Origin: an uncultured Rickettsiales bacterium
Lineage (GTDB): Bacteria; Pseudomonadota; Alphaproteobacteria; Rickettsiales; RI-342
NCBI GenBank assembly: GCA_964538615.1
Contig: CAZIGK010000009.1
Span: 8,072-72,071, forward strand
Direction: 5' to 3'
DNA: 64,000 nt
Under the pieces are notes generated by a model. It made no database searches and was not told the DNA's origin. It saw only the letters and a program-made list of their open reading frames with translations. Position numbers and translations under genes: made by a program. This document shows, in pieces, positions 9,453-19,629 of the stretch (positions within the stretch are counted from its first letter, which is position 1; each line of letters opens with the position of its first letter).

Positions 9453-11552
9453 ATGCCTATTCTTCTGCCTCCAGAGTTACCGGCTTTTTCTATCCTGCAA
9501 GCGGAGGGCTACGATGTGCAGCCCTCCACCACGGGAAAACAGCGCACACGCATCGGGCTGGTGAACCTGATGCCCGTCAAACAGACCACGGAGCATCACT
9601 TCGCACGGGTGTTATCCCACAGCCTGACTCCGGTGGAACTGGTACTGCTGAAGTTAAAAGATCATCAGTCCAAAAACACCCCAGCCGAGCATTTGGAGCA
9701 ATTTTACCGCAATTGGCAGGAACGACAGGATAGCCCGCTGGACGGGGTGATTGTCACCGGCGCACCGGTAGAACATCTGCCCTTTCAAGAGGTCACCTAC
9801 TGGCAGGAATTACAGGCATTGTTCGACTGGCTACGGGAAAAGCGCATTCCCTCCCTGTTTATCTGTTGGGGGGCGCAGGCTGCGCTACACCATTATGTCG
9901 GGCTGGAAAAACATACCCTGCCGCACAAAGCATTGGGGTTATTTCCACATCATATCCGTCACCCAAGCCCGTTGCTACTGGGCTTTGACGATGAGTTTGG
10001 TGTACCCGTCGCACGCAATACCGAAGTGCGTGCCGAGGATATAGCCCAACATGCAGAACTAACGATCCTCAGCGATTCTCATCTCTCCGGCGTCTATGTG
10101 GTGCAACATAAAACCCTGCCGCATTTTTACGTCTTTAACCATCTGGAATATACATCCGATACCATTGTGGAAGAATATTTCCGCGAAATTCAGCAAGGAA
10201 AAAACCAACCCGTTCCCTATAATTATTTTCCGGATGGCAACCCGAAAAACCAACCCCTTAACCGCTGGCGCAGCCATGCCGCACTGCTCTACAGCAATTG
10301 GGTGCGGGAAGCCGTGCAACAACAAGCCAGCCAGATCCGCCCGCTCACGCTGGCTATTGCCGGGCTTGGCCATGTGGGTAGCGAGGTCGTACGCACCCTC
10401 TACCGCCAGCGGGAACTCATTGAGCAACGCACAGGCAGACCCATTCGTATTGCGGCGGTCTCCGCCCGCCAGCGCAGCAAAACCCGTCACTTGCCAGAGT
10501 TAGAGCAACTGCAATGGGTGGACGACCCGTTGCAGCTCTGCGACCTGCCAGAGGTGGATGTGATTGTGGAAGTGATTGGCGGCGCTGAAGGCATTGCCCG
10601 ACAGTTGGTTGAAAAAGCCCTATCGCAGGGCAAACATGTGGTGACCGCCAATAAAGCACTGCTGGCGCATCATGGTGTGCAATTGATTGCAAAAGCAGAG
10701 GCCAATAGCCTGCGTCTGGCGTTTGAGGCAGCGGTGGGGGGCGGGGTTCCCATGTTGAAAACCCTGCGTGAAGCACTGGCATCAGACCGGGTAGTACGCT
10801 TCAGCGCCATTTTGAATGGTACCGCCAATTTCATCCTCTCCCGCATGGAGCAACAAAACATGCCCTTTGCAGAGGCACTGGCAGAAGCACAGGCATTGGG
10901 CTATGCGGAAGCGGACCCAACAATGGATGTGGATGGCTTCGATACCGCACATAAGCTCAATATTCTCAGTTGTATCGCCTTTGGTTGCAATATCCGTCTG
11001 GAAGATATGCCCATCCATGGCATACGGCAACTTCAGGCACAAGACATTCAAGCCGCCCGCACTTTAGGCTATAGTATTAAGTTGCTGGCCACCGCCATTC
11101 AGGAAGATGGACAACTGGATTGCCGTGTAGAGCCACAACTGGTACCGCTACAACACCCGCTGGCGCAAACGGATAATGTGTATAATGGGTTACAATTACA
11201 TACCGTCTTTGCAGGGGATTTATACCTGCGCGGCGCCGGTGCCGGAGGACAACCCACGGCTGCCGCCGTGTTAGCCGATGTCGTGGATATTGCGACCGGA
11301 CGGGGAGGCTACCCATTCGGCATTCCCGCAGCAGATGTCAGGCAGCTTACCCCCCATGGACAAGCCGCCCAGCCCCGCGCTTATTATTTGCGTTTTGCCC
11401 ATAAGCCTGGCTCTCTGTCCCTGAATATCCCTCCGCTAAAGCAATCCTCTACCCTGTCCGATGGCCAGTATATTGCTATTACCCACCCCATACTGGCGGA
11501 TGACCTGCCCTGGGACGCACTGGCAGCCGCCTACCCATTAGCGGTATTGTAA
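9453..11552 (+). CDS. Fusion: MetA-family homoserine O-acyltransferase (aa ~1-288) + homoserine dehydrogenase (aa ~296-699)
   Basis: MetA motifs NLMP.K..TE, TGAPVE, ICWGAQA, NHLEY, NRWRSHA; Hom motifs AGLGHVG, VVTANKA, FEAAVGGGVP, LNGTANFIL, GYAEADPT.DVDGFDTAHK, GAGAGGQPTA; one uninterrupted ORF. Confidence 0.93.
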   Translation: MPILLPPELPAFSILQAEGYDVQPSTTGKQRTRIGLVNLMPVKQTTEHHFARVLSHSLTPVELVLLKLKDHQSKNTPAEHLEQFYRNWQERQDSPLDGVIVTGAPVEHLPFQEVTYWQELQALFDWLREKRIPSLFICWGAQAALHHYVGLEKHTLPHKALGLFPHHIRHPSPLLLGFDDEFGVPVARNTEVRAEDIAQHAELTILSDSHLSGVYVVQHKTLPHFYVFNHLEYTSDTIVEEYFREIQQGKNQPVPYNYFPDGNPKNQPLNRWRSHAALLYSNWVREAVQQQASQIRPLTLAIAGLGHVGSEVVRTLYRQRELIEQRTGRPIRIAAVSARQRSKTRHLPELEQLQWVDDPLQLCDLPEVDVIVEVIGGAEGIARQLVEKALSQGKHVVTANKALLAHHGVQLIAKAEANSLRLAFEAAVGGGVPMLKTLREALASDRVVRFSAILNGTANFILSRMEQQNMPFAEALAEAQALGYAEADPTMDVDGFDTAHKLNILSCIAFGCNIRLEDMPIHGIRQLQAQDIQAARTLGYSIKLLATAIQEDGQLDCRVEPQLVPLQHPLAQTDNVYNGLQLHTVFAGDLYLRGAGAGGQPTAAAVLADVVDIATGRGGYPFGIPAADVRQLTPHGQAAQPRAYYLRFAHKPGSLSLNIPPLKQSSTLSDGQYIAITHPILADDLPWDALAAAYPLAVL

Positions 11553-11677
11553 GTTTCATCAGGCTCAGAGGCTATCCGAGACGCTGCTTTTATGACACTT
11601 CCGTGAAACCATTGTGTGGCATGGCTTTTTTCGCTAGAATGATACGCATGACAGTTTAAGGGGAAAGACGCACACGC

Positions 11678-12052
11678 ATGGACCCACATATGGCATCAAT
11701 GCTGGCCAATAATGGGCAGGGTGGAAAAAGTTCCATCATGGGGATGTTGAATGAATTACCCCCCAATGCGTTGGAGAGCATAATGCCACTGCAGGAGTTG
11801 AAATTAGAAAAGCTTCTGCAAATGCTGTTTCCTCTCATGCAGCAGGCACTGATTTTCAACTTTCCCGGCGGCACCTTGTGGAACCTGCTGATTAAGTTTC
11901 TGGCAGAGAAACTGCAAATGTCCATCGGGGATTTCAAAGCACAGATGGGCATTGAAGGCGGATCTTCCGTGGATGCGGGGGCGGGTATTAACCACGGCCT
12001 CACCAGTGGTGTAGGTGGCGGGGAAAAAAGCTCCGGTATCAGTTACGATTAA
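11678..12052 (+). CDS. Hypothetical protein (124 aa, Gly/Ser-rich tail)
   Basis: AAGGGGAAAG upstream; occupies an intergenic gap; no family recognised. Confidence 0.6.
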   Translation: MDPHMASMLANNGQGGKSSIMGMLNELPPNALESIMPLQELKLEKLLQMLFPLMQQALIFNFPGGTLWNLLIKFLAEKLQMSIGDFKAQMGIEGGSSVDAGAGINHGLTSGVGGGEKSSGISYD

Positions 12053-12279
12053 TCAGAAACGTATGCCGCCTGTGCGTCAGCTTGATCAATGATTGTGATG
12101 GTAGATGCAAATGCTGTCTGGCAATCCTTTAGCCAGCGCGTAAGCCCTGTCAAATGCTCTGTCTCCAACTGCGCTTTCCATGCAGAGCGTGTGTAGGCAA
12201 ACAAGGCAATATCTGCCAACGTCATGCCATTTCCCACCAAATAGTCATGCTGCTGCAAATGCGCATCCATGTAAGCCAA
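12049..12279 (-). pseudogene. Glutathione S-transferase C-terminal fragment
   Basis: MDAHLQQHDYLVGNGMTLADIALFAY..RW matches the GST_C N-capping motif; in-frame stop just upstream, no N-terminal domain. Confidence 0.65.
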
Positions 12280-12309
12280 TATCGATGTTTAACGGCCTGT
12301 GGAAAGGGC

Positions 12310-12852
12310 TTACATCCACGGCGGGTTATAGGTCAACCAGACATTGCAATCCGGCCCTTGTGTATTCACATCGTAGGTATATTGCACAACAATGTCAGAC
12401 GTATCCCGGAAAGTAAAGGTTGTCAGGTATTTATCCCCGCTGGCACGCGGTGCCCAGTCCGGTGTGCCGTATTTATCTTCCAGATGGGCATAAAGTTGCT
12501 GAAAATAATCTGCGCAGGTGCTTTCATCCACACCCGGCTGTGCCGCAGGTAAAATAAATACTTCGGCCTTTTTTGATGCGCCTTTTTCATCAAAATATTG
12601 GCGTACCTGAACAGGATAATAGTGAAACCTATCCTGATAGGTGACCATCATTTCATTCATGTTACCCGGCACATAAGACCAAAAGCCCCGTCCCTGCAAT
12701 AACTGCGCGACATATTCTTTCGGGGTGGCAAAAGGCACAACCCCGTATCCCACGGCGCTATCCCCATGACCTTGCGGGGTGACCGACATCATCCGACTGG
12801 CGCCACAGGCGGCCAATGCACTCAGGCAAGCCACAGCGGTCATAGCGCGCAT
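12310..12852 (-). CDS. Hypothetical lipoprotein (start uncertain)
   Basis: MRAMTAVACLSALAA-C lipobox; ORF is open upstream to 12972. Confidence 0.65.
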   Translation of the reverse strand: MRAMTAVACLSALAACGASRMMSVTPQGHGDSAVGYGVVPFATPKEYVAQLLQGRGFWSYVPGNMNEMMVTYQDRFHYYPVQVRQYFDEKGASKKAEVFILPAAQPGVDESTCADYFQQLYAHLEDKYGTPDWAPRASGDKYLTTFTFRDTSDIVVQYTYDVNTQGPDCNVWLTYNPPWM

Positions 12853-13007
12853 CCATTGCCAGAGAGATGGTGAAAAATGACCTGCGAAACCGGATGGGAG
12901 TTGCAACATGAAATACCTTGTCACCGTTGGAACAATTGTAACCAGTATGACAAAAAGGATGGGCAGATACAACGGCTTTTCGTCCGTATCCGTAGCATAT
13001 CCGGCAT

Positions 13008-14072
13008 TTACCCGGCCATAAGTAGCAACATGGCTTTATCATCCGCACCGGAAGTTGGGATATCCTCCCAATTTTTGTGGGAAACCCAGCGGCCACGCGC
13101 CACCTGTAACTGCTGACGCCAGGGTATTACGATGTCGTCTGACATCGCATGTAACCAATGTTCAGGCAGCCACCATACGGAAGCCTGCAAATGAAAATGA
13201 CTGTAACTCTGCCGTATCTCGCCTTTATGGATCGCACCGGGGTGTGACTGCAACCATACTGTTGCCGGATGATGCGCGGGTAATTCCGGCAAGCGGTAAA
13301 GCCCACCCAAAAAACGGCTGCTGCGAGGTGCCAGAAACCATGTGGCATCCTCTTGCCGTTCTACGGCCAGCCATACCACCTGACGGGTAGGAATGGCCTT
13401 TTTTTGCTTTGCTGCCGGATAATGCTCCGGGTTGTTTTTTCCTGAGCAACCTGCGGCCAATGGGCATTCATCACATAATGGCTGACGAGGACGGCACACC
13501 AAGGCCCCCATATCCATCATTGCCTGATTATAATCAAACGGCTCGGCTTGTCCCATTAACGCACTGGCCGCAGCCCACCATTCGGCCTCGGTGGGTTCGG
13601 TCAGGGCAAAAAAACGTGCCACTACACGTTTCACATTGGCCTCCAGCACCGGAACAGACCGCCGAAATGCAAATGCCGCCACAGCATGCGCTGTATTGCG
13701 GCCAATACCGGGTAGTTGCATCAGCGCTTCCACGGTATCTGGCAACCGGGGGGCAGCTAGTTTGGCAGCGCGGTGTAAATTGCGTGCCCGGCTGTAATAG
13801 CCAAGCCCCTGCCATTGGTGCAATACATCCTGCTCATCCGCATCTGCTAACGCTTGTAAACTGGGGAATCTATGCAAAAACGGGGTATAGAACCGCGCCA
13901 GCACGGTTTGCACCTGCGTTTGCTGTAACATAATTTCACTAATGTAAATGGCGTAGGAATCTGTGGTACAACGCCAGGGCAAATCCCGGCGTCCGTAGCA
14001 TTGATACCATTGCATCAGGTCGCGGTGAATATGGCTGAAATCCTGACGTTTTATCGTATCCTGTGTCATCAT
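13008..14072 (-). CDS. mutY: A/G-specific adenine glycosylase
   Basis: RDLPWR, SEIMLQQTQV, WQGLGYYSRARNLH, HhH LPGIGRNTA, Fe-S motif C-x6-C-x2-C-x5-C. Confidence 0.95.
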   Translation of the reverse strand: MMTQDTIKRQDFSHIHRDLMQWYQCYGRRDLPWRCTTDSYAIYISEIMLQQTQVQTVLARFYTPFLHRFPSLQALADADEQDVLHQWQGLGYYSRARNLHRAAKLAAPRLPDTVEALMQLPGIGRNTAHAVAAFAFRRSVPVLEANVKRVVARFFALTEPTEAEWWAAASALMGQAEPFDYNQAMMDMGALVCRPRQPLCDECPLAAGCSGKNNPEHYPAAKQKKAIPTRQVVWLAVERQEDATWFLAPRSSRFLGGLYRLPELPAHHPATVWLQSHPGAIHKGEIRQSYSHFHLQASVWWLPEHWLHAMSDDIVIPWRQQLQVARGRWVSHKNWEDIPTSGADDKAMLLLMAG

Positions 14073-14222
14073 TGTACAACTTGGGTTAGCACAGAGGGTA
14101 AACAGCTCTACGGGGCTTATTGCACTTGCACAAACAAGCCTTCGTATCTAGTATCCGTTTTCTTTTTCCAACACCAGCACCAATGCTGGGATCCCCCATT
14201 GCCACCCTTACCGGACCCAACC

Positions 14223-15068
14223 ATGCAACCTGCCATGCTACATCCGACCCAGGAAAATTTGCCCCATCTGACCCCGGAAACGGCGACTAACGCGACACAA
14301 GCGGCAGAAAACAACGCTGTACGCAAAGCACGTGCGGTAGCACGCACCGCCAAACGACGGATGCAGGCCATTGCCGTATCCACGGTTCAGCAGACAGAAT
14401 CCCCGACGACGGATACACAACACACCGCAGAAACGACAACGGAAACGACAGCAGAATCTGCGCAATCGGCGCCTGTTACTAAACCGGCTTCTGTGCTGGA
14501 TGTGCCTGCGCAGGATATTCCCAATGTTCCGCTGCCATCCATGCTGACACATAAGAGTGAAGAGACAGAGAAGCCAGTTATTTCGCAACAAACATCATTC
14601 CTACGCCGTTGCGCAGCCTCTTTCTGGCAACGATTGCAGTCCGTGCGGCCTGCTGCTAACCCAGACACCATCACACACAGTGCTATAGACTCGGTCAGCA
14701 CCCCAGAGCCGGAGGCTGCTGACAACCATGCCGAAAGTATAACACCTACCGCAACCTCTTCTGTTTCCGCAGGGCGGCTGCAAGCTGCGTTACACGCCAT
14801 CCGGCATATGGCGCAATCTCTCCATACACAAGTGCGTCAGCGTTTTGCTGAACGGCTGGAGCAGCGCTGGCTGTTTGCCCTGCTGGCGGTCGCTGTGTTG
14901 GCAATTCAGGCGGTGTTCATGTATGTGCTGGATCACAGCCCTCATATGGAACCCACCCCAATGGTTCCCCCCACTACCGCAACCCAACAGCCTGAAACAT
15001 TGCCTGCCAGCACTAACACTGAAGTTGTCGACGATGCAGTGATTCTGCAGCTATTACGCCGACATTAA
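14223..15068 (+). CDS. Hypothetical protein, low-complexity Thr/Ala/Pro/Glu-rich with one C-proximal TM helix
   Basis: Long ORF divergent from mutY; TM WLFALLAVAVLAIQAVFMYVL; start uncertain. Confidence 0.6.
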   Translation: MQPAMLHPTQENLPHLTPETATNATQAAENNAVRKARAVARTAKRRMQAIAVSTVQQTESPTTDTQHTAETTTETTAESAQSAPVTKPASVLDVPAQDIPNVPLPSMLTHKSEETEKPVISQQTSFLRRCAASFWQRLQSVRPAANPDTITHSAIDSVSTPEPEAADNHAESITPTATSSVSAGRLQAALHAIRHMAQSLHTQVRQRFAERLEQRWLFALLAVAVLAIQAVFMYVLDHSPHMEPTPMVPPTTATQQPETLPASTNTEVVDDAVILQLLRRH

Positions 15069-15127
15069 AAACGGTGGATACAAACCGACCCTCTCTATAA
15101 AAAAAGACCCCTCAGGGAGATGCAATC

Positions 15128-16240
15128 ATGCAGCAACGTTTCTTGGCTTCAACAGGTTTTCTCTGCTTCATCTCCTGGGTCTGGCTTGCGCTGGTTTCCG
15201 GCCTGCCGGATTTTGCCCTTGCTGCGGAGAACACCAACCCGCGGCTGGATATGGTCATGCTAACCGGCGCAGAAACAGGAACCTATCAACGGTTTGGTGA
15301 AGATATTGCCCGTGTTACCGCACCATCTAACATTATAGTTAACCTCGCGGCATCCCATGGCTCTATTGATACCATCAAGCGCCTGCAACTTGCCAATGAC
15401 AACCCTCACCATGCAGATATGGGGATTGTGCAGTCTGATTTGCTCACCTATCTACAACGCAGCCACAAGCCAGCCATGAAACAACTGGCTGCGGGGATTC
15501 GCATCGTGTTTCCACTGTATCAGGAAGAAGTGCATGTGCTTGCCCGCCGTTCCATAGCAGATATGACGCAACTGAACCATAAACGCCTGATTGTCGGACC
15601 GGAGGGAAGTGGCCATTGGCTCACTGCTATGAACCTGTTACACATGCTGGATATTAAACCAGCATCTATCCAGCGTATGAATATGGAAGAAGCGGCGTTA
15701 GCGGTTTTGCGCAACCGTGCGGATGCCATGCTGTTTGTGGGCGGAAAACCGATACAATTGTTCAGCAACATAGCGTTACTGGGCAGTGAAGCAGGGGAAG
15801 CCTATGGCCAACTGATACAGGAAGTGCATTTTCTACCGCTCACCGATACCCGCCTGCTGAAAGATTACCGTGCCGCACGTATCTCTCCGGAAGATTATCC
15901 ATTCGTCTCACAGGTTGTCCCCACCGTAGCGGTACAAGCCTTGCTGGTGAGTTATCAACCGCACGACAGGGCGGCCACTTCTACCAAAGCGACGTCTGCT
16001 TCCTCTGCACAGGCATATTGTCAGGCATTGGGGGGTATAGGTCTGTCACTGCGCGCCAATGAATCTTACTTACAACAATATGGCCACCCGAAATGGCGGG
16101 AGGTGAAGCTGGAAGATCGTCAGGTGAAAGGATGGAAGACGGAACCGTGCGTAGATGCGTTCCGCAATGCCGCCTCGACTGTGGAAGACCCGATGGAGCA
16201 AGAACTGCTGGATAGCGTGAAGAACCGCTGGAACATGTAA
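15128..16240 (+). CDS. TAXI-family TRAP solute-binding protein (no adjacent permease)
   Basis: Signal peptide, TG..TGTY..G, S.GSID, GIVQSD, LYQEEVHVLAR, GPEGSG. Confidence 0.85.
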   Translation: MQQRFLASTGFLCFISWVWLALVSGLPDFALAAENTNPRLDMVMLTGAETGTYQRFGEDIARVTAPSNIIVNLAASHGSIDTIKRLQLANDNPHHADMGIVQSDLLTYLQRSHKPAMKQLAAGIRIVFPLYQEEVHVLARRSIADMTQLNHKRLIVGPEGSGHWLTAMNLLHMLDIKPASIQRMNMEEAALAVLRNRADAMLFVGGKPIQLFSNIALLGSEAGEAYGQLIQEVHFLPLTDTRLLKDYRAARISPEDYPFVSQVVPTVAVQALLVSYQPHDRAATSTKATSASSAQAYCQALGGIGLSLRANESYLQQYGHPKWREVKLEDRQVKGWKTEPCVDAFRNAASTVEDPMEQELLDSVKNRWNM

Positions 16241-16286
16241 GGCCCGCCATGGCGAATCTCGTCATGGCGAAGCCATATCAGGCGCC

Positions 16287-16844
16287 TTACGGCAACATCC
16301 GACGCATCAGCCCGTCTTTAAGAATCAGCGCATGATAGAGTGCAGCCAGCACATGCACGCCAATCAACACCATGACGAATGTCCCGCCCACTTCATGCAC
16401 CTCATGGGCCAAATGCCCGGTGGGTTTATCCTGCGCGACAATGGCAGGCATTTCCATCACACCAAACAGATTGACGGCATGCCCACCCGCGCTGGACATC
16501 ACCCAACCGGAAAGCGGCAGCAGCACCATCACACCATAGAGCAACCAATGCACCGCTTTAGCGGAAACAATCTGCCATGTGGCCATGCCAGCAGGCAAGG
16601 TGGGTTGTACGTTCAGCCAGCGCCAGCCAAGACGCAATATCACTAGCAATAAAATGATAATTCCAAAGGACTTATGCAGCATATATGCCAGTCCACGCAC
16701 ATCCTTGGGGTACTCTTCCATGGTCAGCCCCACGGCCACCAAAGCCATCATCCCCAATGCCATGAGCCAATGCAGGGAACGCGCCACAGCACCATATTTT
16801 TCCGACGTATTTTTTAGCATCACCATCTCTGGCTCCTTCATCAT
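16287..16844 (-). CDS. Cytochrome b561 (YceJ/CybB type)
   Basis: YG.VARSLHWLMA, HKSFG, VHWLLY, HEVHE, HVLAALYH; four TM helices with heme His ligands. Confidence 0.92.
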   Translation of the reverse strand: MMKEPEMVMLKNTSEKYGAVARSLHWLMALGMMALVAVGLTMEEYPKDVRGLAYMLHKSFGIIILLLVILRLGWRWLNVQPTLPAGMATWQIVSAKAVHWLLYGVMVLLPLSGWVMSSAGGHAVNLFGVMEMPAIVAQDKPTGHLAHEVHEVGGTFVMVLIGVHVLAALYHALILKDGLMRRMLP

Positions 16845-17009
16845 GTATGAGTGTTTCGCTTGCGTTTATGGCAGCAGCATGAGGGTTAGTATGAGCACAT
16901 GATTATACAAACGTAACGGGCTGACGCAATCCCTCGCCACTCTCAACCCGTATCAAACATTTGTGTGTCACCTGTATCTGTCTCTCGGCTGATGCAGCTG
17001 GATAATGTA

Positions 17010-17090
17010 TCGTCACGCGATGGAAAATGTACGTGACATGCGCAGCACAGCAAAACAGCCATGTGCAGGCCATTACCCATCGCGTGACGA
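17010..17090. repeat. Shortened palindromic element
   Basis: Perfect 14-bp IR tcgtcacgcgatgg / ccatcgcgtgacga enclosing gtacgtga...gcacagcaaaacagccatgtgcaggcc, similar to the type A core. Confidence 0.6.
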
Positions 17091-17096
17091 CAGAAC

Positions 17097-17537
17097 CTAA
17101 AAACCTTCGTAATTAGGTTTGCGCAAATACTCCTGCATCACTTTGCGTGCTTCAATGGCGTTTTCACTTAAGTTCTGTAATTCCAAGACAATTTCATCCG
17201 CCGATGCATCTACCGTCAACGCACCAAACACCACATACACATCTCCCAATTTACCGTAAGAAGACAGCGGCATGGGGATAGACCATTCCAACATTTTTTC
17301 CAGCATTTGGGTGCGCTTTTCCAGTACCACATCTGCATCGGAAAATAATTGCGCGATACACAATAATTGCTCACCGGAAACCGCGACAAACAGCGGCACG
17401 GTATCCAGATCCCGTACATCAATCTGCACCACCGGCATCGGACCTTCCACCCGACGTGTGGTGAAGGTAAAGCCAAACTCAGGGTTCTGCCCTGCCTGCT
17501 CTAACAATCGCTCAATATGCTCCAACTTGCGTGCCAC
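17097..17537 (-). CDS. YjfI-family (DUF2170) protein
   Basis: QLLCIAQLF, IPMPLSSYGK.GD.YVVFGAL, LSENAIEA resemble YjfI. Confidence 0.8.
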   Translation of the reverse strand: MARKLEHIERLLEQAGQNPEFGFTFTTRRVEGPMPVVQIDVRDLDTVPLFVAVSGEQLLCIAQLFSDADVVLEKRTQMLEKMLEWSIPMPLSSYGKLGDVYVVFGALTVDASADEIVLELQNLSENAIEARKVMQEYLRKPNYEGF

Positions 17538-17539
17538 GG

Positions 17540-19504
17540 TTACCTGCCTCGTCCTTTATCCATTGGTTTAACATCAGGAACCCCATCCCCATCCACATCA
17601 TTGGCTTTGGGTTTTTTCGCGCCGGAACCCACACTAACTCCCTGCTCTTTCACCTCACTCAGCTCCTGCAAGGCATGTTGCACCCGGTTTTGACGCATAT
17701 TCCAGCGTTTATTCTGGCTACGTCCGGGCTTTTTGGTCAGCTTTTGTGCTGTTGATTCGCCTTCCAACTTTTGTGTGGCCGTTTTGCCTTCCTGTTGCCC
17801 CTGTTGCTGGGGTTCTTTGGCTTTGTCTTTTTCAGGCTCCTGTTCCTGTTTTTTCGCCCGTTGTTCCTGCACCTTCTGTGCCAGCGGCTCACATTCTTTT
17901 TTCATTTGCTGCATGGGTTCCTGCCCCATGTCCTTCGCTTGCCCTTTTTCGACATAGCGTACCTGATTACCGCTCATATTGGCGGCGGCTTTGGGTTCAT
18001 ACGTCAAAGCCGTTTTGGTAAACGCTTTGGCTTGTGCCTGACTGGCAAAGGTAATCTGTAAACCCGCCTGCACCGCGGCCAGCAAATCCTGAAGCTTTTT
18101 ACGCACCTTGCCCTGCCCTTCAATATAGCACTCAAACTCCATGCTATAGGCCAGCTCTTCCGCTTTCTCTTCTGCCGTCTCGTCATCTCCACCTGAGCTA
18201 TTGGTGGTATCCATAATATCTTTTTCTTCCGAACGGTCAGGTGCGGAAAAGGTCATGCGCTTCAGGTACTCAATAATCGTCTCACCCGCCTCAATTACCG
18301 TGGCATTGGTTGTCTCTCCCAACCGGGCAGAAAGGCTTGTCTCTTCCGGCGCGGCTTCAATGCTGCTATCCATGCCCTGTTCGGCTTCCAGATCACGCAT
18401 GAGTGCTTTGAAATCACCACTTTCCGCCATATTATCTGACCACGCATGCCCTTCCGCATGATCATCCGCCGCTGCCGCGCGAGCCGTAATAGGCGCCACT
18501 TTCACTGGCTGCATGACGGTACCACTTAACGCGACCTGCATGGCATGCGTTGCCTGCTGCTGGCGCGAACTCAGTTCTTCGCAGCGCTTTTTCAGGTTGT
18601 ACAACAGCGTTGGCTCATACTGGGTCACGGCATCTTTCACTAACAGGGAAATAGTCTCAGCTTTATCCATATCCGGTATCAGGGCGGAGCGGCTTTGTTG
18701 CAAGGCAACCATCGCCATTTCATCACTCAGAATCGCGCTTAACTGTGCATGGCTGGCACCCAGAGCTTCCATATGCGGAGAAACCTGTGTCGTAATATGA
18801 CGCGCCAGATGATACCCCGCTTCATAGATGATATTGCACTGGCGTGTAGAATATTCGCATGCCCAGGGCCCTTTATCCGCCATCACTATATGTGAACTGT
18901 GAAACTCTATATCCAGATAGGCTCCCACATAAGCGCATGCCAGATCCACCGCCCAGATGGCATCCTCAATGCGTTCCATATCATCCGGATTGTATGGATC
19001 GCTACCCGTCAGATGGGCAATGGTTGCCGGTAGAGACATCCCACGTAAATACCAGTAGGGCACATGCCGACTAATGGCATAACTTACCTGATAAGACTGC
19101 TTATTCTGCACACCCCTTGTCCAGTCCCCTTCAATCAGCAATTGTTCGTAGGTCAGGCGCACAATTTTCTCGATATCCCGAAAATACAGATCCAGATTCC
19201 GCTTCTTCGTCGCCAGACCGGATAAATAATCCGGATTAATCGCCAAATGATGATGCAGCATTTCCCGGTAAAACATCAATCCGGCAGGGTACATCTTGGG
19301 AACAGGCATCAATTTGCGGGCACGGTAGAGTTGGGTGGCGATGGTTGAACCCAGATCCGCATATAAATTACCGCGCTCGGATGAATACGAATGCGCATGC
19401 ATGAAGTGACTACCAGAACGCAGCGCTTCGTAAAATTGTTCCAGCAGATAATGCGTATCAACCAGTGTGGCCATATCCACCCATGACGTGAAAGATACAG
19501 GCAC
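17540..19504 (-). CDS. Hypothetical protein (654 aa): globular N-terminal half, acidic/Gln-Lys-rich C-terminal half
   Basis: Long ORF ending 2 nt before the yjfI-like start; no family recognised. Confidence 0.8.
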   Translation of the reverse strand: MPVSFTSWVDMATLVDTHYLLEQFYEALRSGSHFMHAHSYSSERGNLYADLGSTIATQLYRARKLMPVPKMYPAGLMFYREMLHHHLAINPDYLSGLATKKRNLDLYFRDIEKIVRLTYEQLLIEGDWTRGVQNKQSYQVSYAISRHVPYWYLRGMSLPATIAHLTGSDPYNPDDMERIEDAIWAVDLACAYVGAYLDIEFHSSHIVMADKGPWACEYSTRQCNIIYEAGYHLARHITTQVSPHMEALGASHAQLSAILSDEMAMVALQQSRSALIPDMDKAETISLLVKDAVTQYEPTLLYNLKKRCEELSSRQQQATHAMQVALSGTVMQPVKVAPITARAAAADDHAEGHAWSDNMAESGDFKALMRDLEAEQGMDSSIEAAPEETSLSARLGETTNATVIEAGETIIEYLKRMTFSAPDRSEEKDIMDTTNSSGGDDETAEEKAEELAYSMEFECYIEGQGKVRKKLQDLLAAVQAGLQITFASQAQAKAFTKTALTYEPKAAANMSGNQVRYVEKGQAKDMGQEPMQQMKKECEPLAQKVQEQRAKKQEQEPEKDKAKEPQQQGQQEGKTATQKLEGESTAQKLTKKPGRSQNKRWNMRQNRVQHALQELSEVKEQGVSVGSGAKKPKANDVDGDGVPDVKPMDKGRGR

Positions 19505-19629
19505 TTACTGTACCTGCTCTTGCAGCCTAGCCTGCAAGTTTGACAGAATGGTTAATAGCGCAGATAAGCGCACCTATAGATCACACGAAACAGAAAATAT
19601 CTGGTTTACGCGTACTTGATGAATCTTCT

